Shown here piece after piece: positions 27,690-36,399 of a stretch of 64,000 nucleotides of DNA. The DNA is from Escherichia phage vB_EcoM_PhAPEC2. Under the pieces are notes generated by a model. The model saw only the letters and a program-made list of their open reading frames with translations. It did no database searches and was not told the origin of the DNA. Position numbers and translations under genes: made by a program. Location: sequence record NC_024794.1; one strand, written 5' to 3'. Every line of letters begins with the position of its first letter. Positions within the stretch are counted from its first letter, which is position 1.

Positions 27690-29374
27690 TAGATTCGTTC
27701 CCATTGATGAGTGATATCGCCACCGATTGGACGATAAGAAACACCAGTTTCTTTATCAGTTAGTACCCATTTACCAGGATTTTTTGTAATCAGAGTAGCC
27801 GTTACAGGTTCTGCTACGTCATAACTAATAGAGCCGTCCTGAAGTACACGGCCCATGTTACGTAATTGCTTAGTCAGAAGTTCCATACCTTTATAATATG
27901 CGGCTACCGCTTTAAGTGGATTATTCTTGAAATAACCACCTAATGCAATCCAGATAATTGCCACAGCCAAATGATGATACTCGTTAAACGAACTCATCTT
28001 TCCATATTTGTAAACTAATGGATTGATGTTAATAGTCACATTACAAGTTGTTTCATCAATAGTAAACTGTCCCCAGGTCGGATTAGCGTTGAATTCATCA
28101 TAACCTGAAACAGCATAAAGCACTTTAGCTTCATCGTACAATTTTGGCCCGTAAATCTTGGTTTCGCCAAAATATCCACGAGGGTCGATAAACTTGACTT
28201 CGCCGTTATCAGTAATCATAGTATTACTGAAGTTAGGGTCACCATGAATAACAGAGTACTGTCCCTGAGAACGGTTATGATAACGAATAAGGTGTTCTAA
28301 AGCTTGTTTCAGCATTGGCTTCAGACGCCCAATCTTAGTGTAGTTCACATGGGTGATTTTACCAAATGAATCAATCAATGGTTGAATGCTTTCACAACGA
28401 TCAATAACTTTCGTATAGAATTCTTTAGTGAAATCACGACGAACAGTTTCAGGACTTACAAAATAAGTGTCTGTGCTGAATTTCAGTGCATCTAAAATTG
28501 CATCAACAATTTGTGGACGAGCAAGACTTGATTTGGATTTAATATATTCAAATGCCGGCTTACCTTTAATGCGTTCCATTTCAAAGTTATTTTCATTAAC
28601 AGAAACTAACTGAGGAACTGAATCTGATTTCACTTTAAGATACCATGAAATCTCATCTTTCTGAAGAGCTCGACCCTGTTCGGTTAATGCGAATTTAGTT
28701 ACAGTTTCTTCACCAATTTCAACTGCATTAAAACTACGATTAAGTTCACGAACTTCATGAGCTTTTTCAAGTTTAGGCATATCACCTAAATCAATTAGAT
28801 TCATAAGCTCTGATTTATTGAATGCGCTGCCGTAAAGGAATTCTACGAAATCACGTCCTTTGCAGTATTCATGAATTTCCTCATCGGTAGAACCCATATA
28901 GAATTCCCAGTCTTTGAACTGATAAATTCCTACAACATTACCACCTGTTGAACCTACGTTAGTGATATTTTCACCGTCGAAATTATATCGACATTCGTCA
29001 CCCTTAACATAGATTGCGTTAACATTCCAAGACCATGAACCAAAATCGGGAATAATATCACACCAGTTAACAATTACATTATGACCGTCTAAATCTTTGT
29101 GTAATTTAGCAAGAGCATAAGCAGAACCGTACGCTTCATCAACTGTACGAATAGTCACATTGAACCCTTCTTGCTCACAATAAGCTCGAACAGTTTCAGC
29201 AAATTTTGAATGAACTACTACAATAATTTCATCTGCGCCAAGGTCAGAATAAATTGTATACAAATTGCTCAGAATAGTGTCTTGTTTATAGTTAACAAGC
29301 ACCTTAGGAATATGATGCGTTATTGGATATAAACGAGTTGCCAATCCAGCACCAAGAATAACAGCTTTTTTCAT
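27689..29374 (-). CDS. bifunctional sugar-1-phosphate nucleotidyltransferase (RmlA-like) / APH-like sugar kinase
   Basis: 561 aa; N-terminal ILGAGLATRLYPIT (G-x-G-T-R-L-x-P-x-T signature); C-terminal HGDPNFSNTMI (Brenner HGD...N kinase loop). Confidence 0.7.
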   Translation of the reverse strand: MKKAVILGAGLATRLYPITHHIPKVLVNYKQDTILSNLYTIYSDLGADEIIVVVHSKFAETVRAYCEQEGFNVTIRTVDEAYGSAYALAKLHKDLDGHNVIVNWCDIIPDFGSWSWNVNAIYVKGDECRYNFDGENITNVGSTGGNVVGIYQFKDWEFYMGSTDEEIHEYCKGRDFVEFLYGSAFNKSELMNLIDLGDMPKLEKAHEVRELNRSFNAVEIGEETVTKFALTEQGRALQKDEISWYLKVKSDSVPQLVSVNENNFEMERIKGKPAFEYIKSKSSLARPQIVDAILDALKFSTDTYFVSPETVRRDFTKEFYTKVIDRCESIQPLIDSFGKITHVNYTKIGRLKPMLKQALEHLIRYHNRSQGQYSVIHGDPNFSNTMITDNGEVKFIDPRGYFGETKIYGPKLYDEAKVLYAVSGYDEFNANPTWGQFTIDETTCNVTININPLVYKYGKMSSFNEYHHLAVAIIWIALGGYFKNNPLKAVAAYYKGMELLTKQLRNMGRVLQDGSISYDVAEPVTATLITKNPGKWVLTDKETGVSYRPIGGDITHQWERI

Positions 29375-29404
29375 GTTGAAGTCCTCATTGGTAAGTAGGA
29401 GTAT

Positions 29405-29433
29405 TGTACACTATTCTAGTTAAAGCATTCATA
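29405..29433 (-). promoter_or_regulatory. MotA-type middle promoter for the nucleotidyltransferase/kinase gene
   Basis: minus strand AATGCTTTA, 12 nt, TACAAT, about 25 nt before the SD. Confidence 0.45.
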
Positions 29434-29559
29434 CTTTGCTTGTAGTCCAATCATAATCCATCCAATTACAAGTGTTGGAATCATTACTGGAGCCGTTAAG
29501 CTCCAGTAGATAGTCATGACAAGCATCAATAGTAAAAGTCCTATTGTTATTGCTTTCAT
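29416..29559 (-). CDS. small membrane peptide
   Basis: 47-aa hydrophobic ORF not in track; ATGA-coupled to the isomerase stop. Confidence 0.35.
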   Translation of the reverse strand: MKAITIGLLLLMLVMTIYWSLTAPVMIPTLVIGWIMIGLQAKYECFN

Positions 29560-30191
29560 TGTTCGCCTCGTAACATGGCACCTAGTGCACCGCCCGGGTG
29601 GAACTTAAGGAAATCATTAGAGGTAAATCCACGCTCAGACGAAAGGTTGATAGCGAACGTATCGATAAGCGCTAACAACAATGTAGTAGACATTGTCGGA
29701 GCTAAAGAGTTCTCGTCAACTTCTACCGCGATACCGGTACAGAACGTATAATCAAAAAGAGCTTCGTATTCTTGTGGAATGTCAGGGTTACAATGTAACA
29801 GAATCTGTTTAACCTGAGGACGAATCATACGAAGATGCTTAGCCACGCCTATCATTTCTTCAGTTTTACCAGAACGACTAATATGAATCAACACATCATT
29901 AGGCGCAATGAATCCTGCATCACCGTGAGAATAATGCCCAGTGTTCAAGTACATACTAGGGATACCGAGTGAAGCAAATGTCTCAGAAGCTTTAGTTGCA
30001 ATATTAGCATTCTTACCAACACCTGTAATAATTACTCGGCTTTCATAATTACTAAGTCCCGGGCGTCGAAGAGTTTCTAGAATAGCGTTATAACGAGCAG
30101 GGTTTTGACTAATTACTTTGGCCATAGCGGCCAAAGAAGAAGCTTGTTTTATGATTGCGTCAATAGCGATAGTAATAGGAGTAGTTTTCAT
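29556..30191 (-). CDS. SIS-domain sugar-phosphate isomerase, KdsD/GutQ-like arabinose-5-phosphate isomerase without CBS domains
   Basis: 211 aa; GVGKNANIATKASETFASLGIPS, HGDAG, ISRSG, LAPTMSTT, RGFTSNDF, HPGGALG all parallel E. coli KdsD SIS domain. Confidence 0.75.
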   Translation of the reverse strand: MKTTPITIAIDAIIKQASSLAAMAKVISQNPARYNAILETLRRPGLSNYESRVIITGVGKNANIATKASETFASLGIPSMYLNTGHYSHGDAGFIAPNDVLIHISRSGKTEEMIGVAKHLRMIRPQVKQILLHCNPDIPQEYEALFDYTFCTGIAVEVDENSLAPTMSTTLLLALIDTFAINLSSERGFTSNDFLKFHPGGALGAMLRGEQ

Positions 30192-30231
30192 ATTTCTCTC
30201 ATTTAATTAGTTTACCGTCCATGGCATTATA

Positions 30232-32943
30232 TCAAAAATCGAACATATCGAACAGAGATGCTTTCTTCTCGTAATCGAGTTTCGCTGCTGATGTGAATCC
30301 TTCAAGTGGTTTAATAAATGTCTTCTCAAGGAGAACAGTGTAGTCCATCCAATGAAGTACATCGTCTTTAATTAAATCTGTGATTTCAGTACCAGAAGGC
30401 CATGCGATACATTTATCACCGAATGGGTTTCCTTCGCGTAAAGGCAGAACATATACTTTTTCACCTTCTACAACTTGCGGTGCATCGATATTACCTTTGA
30501 TAGCTCGGTTATATGTCAGAATTCCACGAATATGGAACGGGCATTTGGGACCAGGGAATCCACCAACGTCATATTTAGCAATGTTATTCGCAGAAGATAC
30601 CGACGCGATGCTAATATAATTCAATTGATGGAATTCTTTTTCAAACTCTTTAAAATATTCTTGTAATGATTCTTCACCTTCTTGAAGCATACGACGAATA
30701 CATTCTTTAAGAGCTTTCTGAACCGCTTTAGGTGTACTTGATTTCTGAGTCTCTAGACCCATGATTTTGAGTTTAGGCTCAGCGTAACGAGTACCTTCCA
30801 TATCCCACACGTTTAATGCATAACGTTTCTTACCGGTCCAGAATCCACCAATACCTTTAGAACCGAGCGGAGGCCCAGCGATAGCTTCTCGGTCCATGAA
30901 CATTAAGTGTTGTTTATTGTTCATGTATTCACACATTTCACGGAAACCTCTATCAATAGCTGGTTCCATACGTTCACGTGCAAACTTATCTAAGAAGTCT
31001 ACCCAATGGTTAGTATCACGGAATTTAGATTCACCAACCTTATCAATAATTTTATCTGCAGATACATAAATGGAGTCTGTATCACCATAAAGAACGAAAG
31101 CTTCACCTTCCGTACCGCAAACTTCATTCAGATATTCATTAACTTTACGTTCAATCCACTGTAAAGCCATTTGCCCGAATGTTGTGATTGCAGTTGCATT
31201 GCGCAAATCGTAATAACGGAACCAAACGTTTCCAAGTGCACCATAAAGCGAGTTGATGAGCAATTTACGGTTAATCTGTGCAGTCATACCTGCAACTTCA
31301 GTACGTTGAGCTCTAAACAACATTTCATTAAGAGATTTAGCAGACAACTTTTTAATCTTTTCTTTAATCTCATCACTGAAGTCGAAACGATAATCAACAT
31401 CTAATGGTTCGTCAACAGAAAGATTAGGATTATGCAATGCCTCTTTAATTATTTCACCATTACGTTGAGCTGCAAGCATGTAACCTTTATGTTCTTTACG
31501 TTGATTAAAGACTTTAGTGATTTCGGTTGGAACTACACCATCACGGTCTTTATAATACATCATGCCGTTAGGAGAGCAACTGTACACATCTGAAGGACGT
31601 TCAGCGATTGCGTTAATATAATCATGCAATGGAGCTACTTTAAACGTTCCTGCTATTGTTTCTGGGCTAATATTCACTTGGCGAATAATACTTGGATACA
31701 GAGATGTAAGGTCGAAACTCATTACATATTTGTATCGATTTGGAATAGGTTCCTTAACAAAAGCGCCAGGATAAGGTTGAACCGGGTGAGAACGACCTTG
31801 TGGAATCACCTTGTTCTGCTCTTTAAGGCTATTAAAAATAATAGCATCCCATGTTTTAATTGGGCTAAACACAGATTGAATCTGTATCTTAGCATAATAA
31901 CCCATGTCCAAACTCAAGTTGATGAACTGACGCTTAGCATCAATTTGCAATACACGATACACGTCGATAATGTTATAAGAAATATATCGTTGGTGATTGC
32001 TTTCACGAAGTTTAGAAATAGGGCCGTCATATTTCAGTTTACCAACGTTCAATTCAAATTCTGAAATGTAATCCAGAGAATAGGACGGTTGATTGGTAAA
32101 AGAGAATTTTTTGTAAAGGTCAATGTAATCAAGAACAGAGATACCGAACAATGTAATGATTTCACGAGAACCATACATGTTTTCGATAACTTTAACACGA
32201 GTTTTACGATGAGGTGATAAACGTTTCGCAGTAGATTCGCCAAAAATATTCTTGATTCGGTTATACACATATGGAATATCAAATGACTCAACGTTCCATC
32301 CAGTCAAAATGACAGGAGTTTTCTGTTGCCAGAAGTTGAGATATTCCATCAATAATTCTTTTTCATTATCAAACGGCATATAAACGATTTTGTCGATAAT
32401 TTCGGATGGAACTTCATCACCACCTTGTTCTTGAAGCTTAGCCGCAATTTCGATAGACCATTCTTCTACATTACCATATGGAGAATTCAATAGATCAAAT
32501 ACGTAGAACCTGTCGTCAATTGAGTCATAATGGGTGATAGCATCAATAGGATGTTTTGCTTGTGACGGCTCAGGGAACCCGTCCGGAGATGTTACTTCGA
32601 TGTCGAAGTTAGCCACACGAATTTTTGTATGGTCGTATTTGATTTCATAGTTATAAGTGTCAGACAAATACGCCAATTTAAAATCGTCCATGCCAAGTGC
32701 TTCAAGTCCGATATCTTCCATGCGTTTAATCCATTGGGAGGCATCACGCATATTAGCGAACAACTTACGAGCACACGGTTTACCGTAGATATCGAAATAT
32801 TTCGTAGCCTGACTTTCTGGACAATGAGCAAACAGTGATGGTTTATATTCTACTTCACGAGTACGTTCACGGCCATTAGAATCGATGTAACGTTCAAAAA
32901 TTGAATCACCAATCTGTTCAACCGTTAAGTAAAATTCTTTCAT
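30232..32943 (-). CDS. 43: DNA polymerase (family B) with 3'-5' exonuclease
   Basis: 903 aa; matches remembered RB69 gp43 almost residue for residue (FDIPYVY, YGDTDS). Confidence 0.97.
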   Translation of the reverse strand: MKEFYLTVEQIGDSIFERYIDSNGRERTREVEYKPSLFAHCPESQATKYFDIYGKPCARKLFANMRDASQWIKRMEDIGLEALGMDDFKLAYLSDTYNYEIKYDHTKIRVANFDIEVTSPDGFPEPSQAKHPIDAITHYDSIDDRFYVFDLLNSPYGNVEEWSIEIAAKLQEQGGDEVPSEIIDKIVYMPFDNEKELLMEYLNFWQQKTPVILTGWNVESFDIPYVYNRIKNIFGESTAKRLSPHRKTRVKVIENMYGSREIITLFGISVLDYIDLYKKFSFTNQPSYSLDYISEFELNVGKLKYDGPISKLRESNHQRYISYNIIDVYRVLQIDAKRQFINLSLDMGYYAKIQIQSVFSPIKTWDAIIFNSLKEQNKVIPQGRSHPVQPYPGAFVKEPIPNRYKYVMSFDLTSLYPSIIRQVNISPETIAGTFKVAPLHDYINAIAERPSDVYSCSPNGMMYYKDRDGVVPTEITKVFNQRKEHKGYMLAAQRNGEIIKEALHNPNLSVDEPLDVDYRFDFSDEIKEKIKKLSAKSLNEMLFRAQRTEVAGMTAQINRKLLINSLYGALGNVWFRYYDLRNATAITTFGQMALQWIERKVNEYLNEVCGTEGEAFVLYGDTDSIYVSADKIIDKVGESKFRDTNHWVDFLDKFARERMEPAIDRGFREMCEYMNNKQHLMFMDREAIAGPPLGSKGIGGFWTGKKRYALNVWDMEGTRYAEPKLKIMGLETQKSSTPKAVQKALKECIRRMLQEGEESLQEYFKEFEKEFHQLNYISIASVSSANNIAKYDVGGFPGPKCPFHIRGILTYNRAIKGNIDAPQVVEGEKVYVLPLREGNPFGDKCIAWPSGTEITDLIKDDVLHWMDYTVLLEKTFIKPLEGFTSAAKLDYEKKASLFDMFDF

Positions 32944-32997
32944 TTAATTTCCTTTAGACGAGTTATTGTCTTTTGTTTGTTGATGAACTTATTATAC

Positions 32998-33022
32998 TCC
33001 AAATGGGACCGAAGTCCCATTG
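32998..33022 (-). terminator. stable UUCG hairpin between regA and gene 43
   Basis: minus strand AAUGGGAC-UUCG-GUCCCAUU then UUGGAG; only partly U-rich. Confidence 0.4.
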
Positions 33023-33024
33023 CT

Positions 33025-33393
33025 TTAATTACCAATTGTATATTTTGCTTTCAAAGTCCAGTCATCTTTCTGTTTAAAAGAGATAACTCGGAAGTTATTA
33101 GTCAGGCTAAATAGATCTTCACGAGCAGAGTCTTCAATAACAATCAATCCCCAGTCTTCAAGCAACTGAGCAATCGAATCACGCCGCTGATAGTCTTCAC
33201 CATCAATATCAACTTGTCGTCCGTCCATACGCAGCATTTCTTTAAAGTGGACGATATAGTACTTACCTTGCTTTTGGAGGATATGACAAGACTGGTAAAG
33301 GACTTTATCCTTGTTATTAGCGATGCCCATACGGGTCAGAGTCTCTTTGACTTTCAGAAAATCTTCAGGGTTCTTCAATTTAATTTCAATCAT
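33025..33393 (-). CDS. regA: translational repressor RegA
   Basis: track ORF 33025..33402; MIEIKLKNPEDFLKVKETLTRMGIANNKDKVLYQSCHILQK matches T4 RegA. Confidence 0.9.
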   Translation of the reverse strand: MIEIKLKNPEDFLKVKETLTRMGIANNKDKVLYQSCHILQKQGKYYIVHFKEMLRMDGRQVDIDGEDYQRRDSIAQLLEDWGLIVIEDSAREDLFSLTNNFRVISFKQKDDWTLKAKYTIGN

Positions 33394-33395
33394 TT

Positions 33396-33959
33396 TTACC
33401 ATTCCAATGCTAATTTTTTAAATTGTTTTTGTTCTTTCACATTTTTTGTAACTTCTTTGAGAAATTCATCAGTGACCATGGCCTTCAGTTCTTTAAGGAC
33501 TATTGGCAACTTGTTATTTTTTTCAAGGAGCCGCTTATACTCGGTAGCATCATTCATGTTGATTGTGTAACGTTTCATCAACAGTTTGATAACTAGTAAC
33601 TCTGAAGTGTCTTCGACTAGTTTAGCCCATTTAGAGAATCGACGACCACGCGGAATTGCCGCCATCATGTAGTTGAAGTGCGCTTCATCACTTAATTCAG
33701 AACCGACTAAGTTCATCATGTAAACAGCTGGCATACATTCTGGGAACTGGGATAATGAGTTCTCAACCATAAATTTTGAGTAGTCGACCTGAGCAATTGA
33801 CATAGATTTCTTTTCATTAATAGCATTAATGATTTTAAAGAATTCATTCTCAGGTTTTTCTTTAAACATATCAGCACATTTTTGAATCGCATCAGCGTCA
33901 TTAGACTTCCATGCAATTTGGTGCTCGTTAAGTTGGGCGTCATCATCAAATAAGTTCAT
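33396..33959 (-). CDS. 62: clamp-loader small subunit
   Basis: 187 aa; synteny regA-62-44-45. Confidence 0.85.
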   Translation of the reverse strand: MNLFDDDAQLNEHQIAWKSNDADAIQKCADMFKEKPENEFFKIINAINEKKSMSIAQVDYSKFMVENSLSQFPECMPAVYMMNLVGSELSDEAHFNYMMAAIPRGRRFSKWAKLVEDTSELLVIKLLMKRYTINMNDATEYKRLLEKNNKLPIVLKELKAMVTDEFLKEVTKNVKEQKQFKKLALEW

Positions 33960-33960
33960 A

Positions 33961-34923
33961 TTATTTCCAAGTCAGTTCGCAGGTCAGTTGAAGAAGCATA
34001 TACATAACATGTAATTCAATATTACTAGCTAGTCCATGAAACTTATTATTTTCGCCTGCAATTTCGTAAAGCGAAATAATACTTTTACCAGGTGCAACTT
34101 GGTCATAACATTCTGAAACTAATTTATCGATGAACCATGAATAATCTGCAGCATATTTTGGAGCTAATGCACGAAGCTGTTTGATATCTTTGTTCTTCAT
34201 TGCTTCGATAACATCAGAGACTGTGCCACGGTCATTAGTTACGATAGACAGAATACCTGCATCAAGAACACCTTTAGACGAGTACTGGTCTAATTGTCCA
34301 ATTGTACGACGAAAGTCCGGGAAGTTCTTTTTAACCAGAGCTGCAACAACTTTCATATCAGCGATTTCGATATTTTCATTCTTACAGATTTCAACCATAC
34401 GATGAATCATTTTCTTCATCATCGAGATTTTATCTTCTTCGGTTGGACGTCCGAATTCGATAACTCGACAACGACTACGTAATGGTTCAATAATTCCATC
34501 GATGTTGTTGGCAGTAATAATAATAGAACAGTTACTAGAGAATTCTTCCATAAACGTACGAAGGTGACGTTGTGATTCGGCGAGGCCACTACGGTCAAAT
34601 TCATCAATAACAATAACTTTCGGCTTGCCTTCCATTGAGACTGAACGAGCGAATGCAGTTAACGGACCACGCACAAAATCAATCTTACAATCAGAACCGT
34701 TGACGAACATCATTTCGGCATTGATATCATTACATAATGCTTTTGCTACAGTTGTTTTACCTGTGCCGGGAGAAGGAGAGTGCAAAATAATATGAGGAAG
34801 TTTTCCTTTAGATACTAAAGACTTGAATGTTTCATGGTCATACGCAGGCAGAATACATTCGTCAATGGAAGAAGGACGATATTTCTGTTCTAGAATGTGC
34901 TCTTTGGAATTGATAGTAATCAT
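33961..34923 (-). CDS. 44: clamp-loader large subunit (AAA+)
   Basis: 320 aa; Walker [15 protein letters not shown] Walker B. Confidence 0.9.
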   Translation of the reverse strand: MITINSKEHILEQKYRPSSIDECILPAYDHETFKSLVSKGKLPHIILHSPSPGTGKTTVAKALCNDINAEMMFVNGSDCKIDFVRGPLTAFARSVSMEGKPKVIVIDEFDRSGLAESQRHLRTFMEEFSSNCSIIITANNIDGIIEPLRSRCRVIEFGRPTEEDKISMMKKMIHRMVEICKNENIEIADMKVVAALVKKNFPDFRRTIGQLDQYSSKGVLDAGILSIVTNDRGTVSDVIEAMKNKDIKQLRALAPKYAADYSWFIDKLVSECYDQVAPGKSIISLYEIAGENNKFHGLASNIELHVMYMLLQLTCELTWK

Positions 34924-34998
34924 GTAATTTTCCTCATTATCATTAAACTGGAGGATTTCTCCTCCATAATCGTACTACATTAAACGTAAAGCTTTGAC

Positions 34999-35685
34999 TT
35001 AGAAGTCGTGAGTAGAATCGGCTTCCATCGCAATAACATAACTCACTTGAGAGCTTTCAAACTTGGCTGCAACTTTATCACCAGCTCCCCACAACATTAC
35101 TTTATAGTTACCTGGCTGAATTTTCATATTAGCCATATTGATTACGAAGTTAAAGTTGTTAGAACCATCATAATCGGTAAGAGTCAAAGAATACTTAGGA
35201 CGAGTCAAGCCAGAATCTTCAACTTTATTGTAACCGTTGATAACAATTTTACCATCTTTATTTGTAATAGCAATTGTATCAATCTGAAGGCCACGTGAAA
35301 CTCGAAGCAATTGTTGAAGGTCTTCAGCTTTAATTTCAGTAATCACAGAAGCCACTGGGAATTGAATTGGCTTATTAGGAAAAACAATGGTGCTCTTGTC
35401 AGCGGCAGGCCAATAAACTGTGGAACGTGTATCTGCAATTTTAATATTGCCATCAGTGTGCATTGAAATTTCAGCATCATCAGACACTAGACTCAAAATG
35501 CTTAAGAAGCTATTCAAATCATAAAGTGCTACGTCAAAATCAATTTCATCAGAGATATTTGCTTCCGCATAAGTGGTGCCATTAACTGCACGAGTCATAA
35601 TAAATTTACCTTGACTCAGCAGAATGCCGGAGTTAATAGAGGCAAAGTTTTTCAGAATAGCGATAGTATCTTTAGACAGTTTCAT
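34999..35685 (-). CDS. 45: sliding clamp
   Basis: track ORF 34999..35700; MKLSKDT... matches T4 gp45 (228 aa). Confidence 0.9.
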   Translation of the reverse strand: MKLSKDTIAILKNFASINSGILLSQGKFIMTRAVNGTTYAEANISDEIDFDVALYDLNSFLSILSLVSDDAEISMHTDGNIKIADTRSTVYWPAADKSTIVFPNKPIQFPVASVITEIKAEDLQQLLRVSRGLQIDTIAITNKDGKIVINGYNKVEDSGLTRPKYSLTLTDYDGSNNFNFVINMANMKIQPGNYKVMLWGAGDKVAAKFESSQVSYVIAMEADSTHDF

Positions 35686-35727
35686 TTTATTTCCTTTCAA
35701 GACAATTCAAAGTTTATAACAAATTTA

Positions 35728-36144
35728 TTATGCAGCAACCATCTGCTTTTTAATAGCTTCAGGCAGTGATTCAATATATTCTGGAATTTTAGAAGCAACA
35801 ATTTCGCCAGCTGCAATTAGTTGTTCGTCGGCATCAACACAATAGAAATCTTCCAGACGCTCAGAACCGTCTTTATCAAGAACGATTTTAGCACCTGCTT
35901 CAATAGAATCTTTATAGTGCTTACGCATCAGATGAATCCACATATCAGATACATCATTATCAATAAAACCATAAATCATAAAACGAGTTTCTTGTGGCAA
36001 AGATTGGAGTTTTTTAGCACTTGCGTCATCACAATGCAGGACCCATGCTTTACGAACACGATTATGGTTATGTGGGTTAGCGTCAGTACGGATAGAAGTA
36101 ACTTTCAGATCAGCAGCAGTGAAACCTTTAGCAGTAGTAAACAT
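35728..36144 (-). CDS. rpbA: RNA polymerase-binding protein RpbA (by position)
   Basis: 138-aa ORF downstream of gene 45 as in T4. Confidence 0.5.
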   Translation of the reverse strand: MFTTAKGFTAADLKVTSIRTDANPHNHNRVRKAWVLHCDDASAKKLQSLPQETRFMIYGFIDNDVSDMWIHLMRKHYKDSIEAGAKIVLDKDGSERLEDFYCVDADEQLIAAGEIVASKIPEYIESLPEAIKKQMVAA

Positions 36145-36156
36145 ATTATTTCTCTC

Positions 36157-36345
36157 TTATTCGTAGAAGTCGGTAACTGTCCATGCGGAATTGCGATTAG
36201 ACATTATTTTATTATACTCATCTTTAAAAGCAGATTTGAGCATTTGTTCAGTAACAATATGTTCTTCACCTGAAAACGTATTGGTCAAAACATATTTTTT
36301 AATTTCAGGGACAACAAGAAGATGTTGGCCGGTTGAATACTCCAT
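36157..36345 (-). CDS. hypothetical protein (45.2 position)
   Basis: track ORF 36157..36357; SD GGAGAA precedes internal Met. Confidence 0.45.
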   Translation of the reverse strand: MEYSTGQHLLVVPEIKKYVLTNTFSGEEHIVTEQMLKSAFKDEYNKIMSNRNSAWTVTDFYE

Positions 36346-36399
36346 GTTGTTCTCCATTTAATTTGATGTGGTCATTATAACCACATCATGTTAAAGCGT

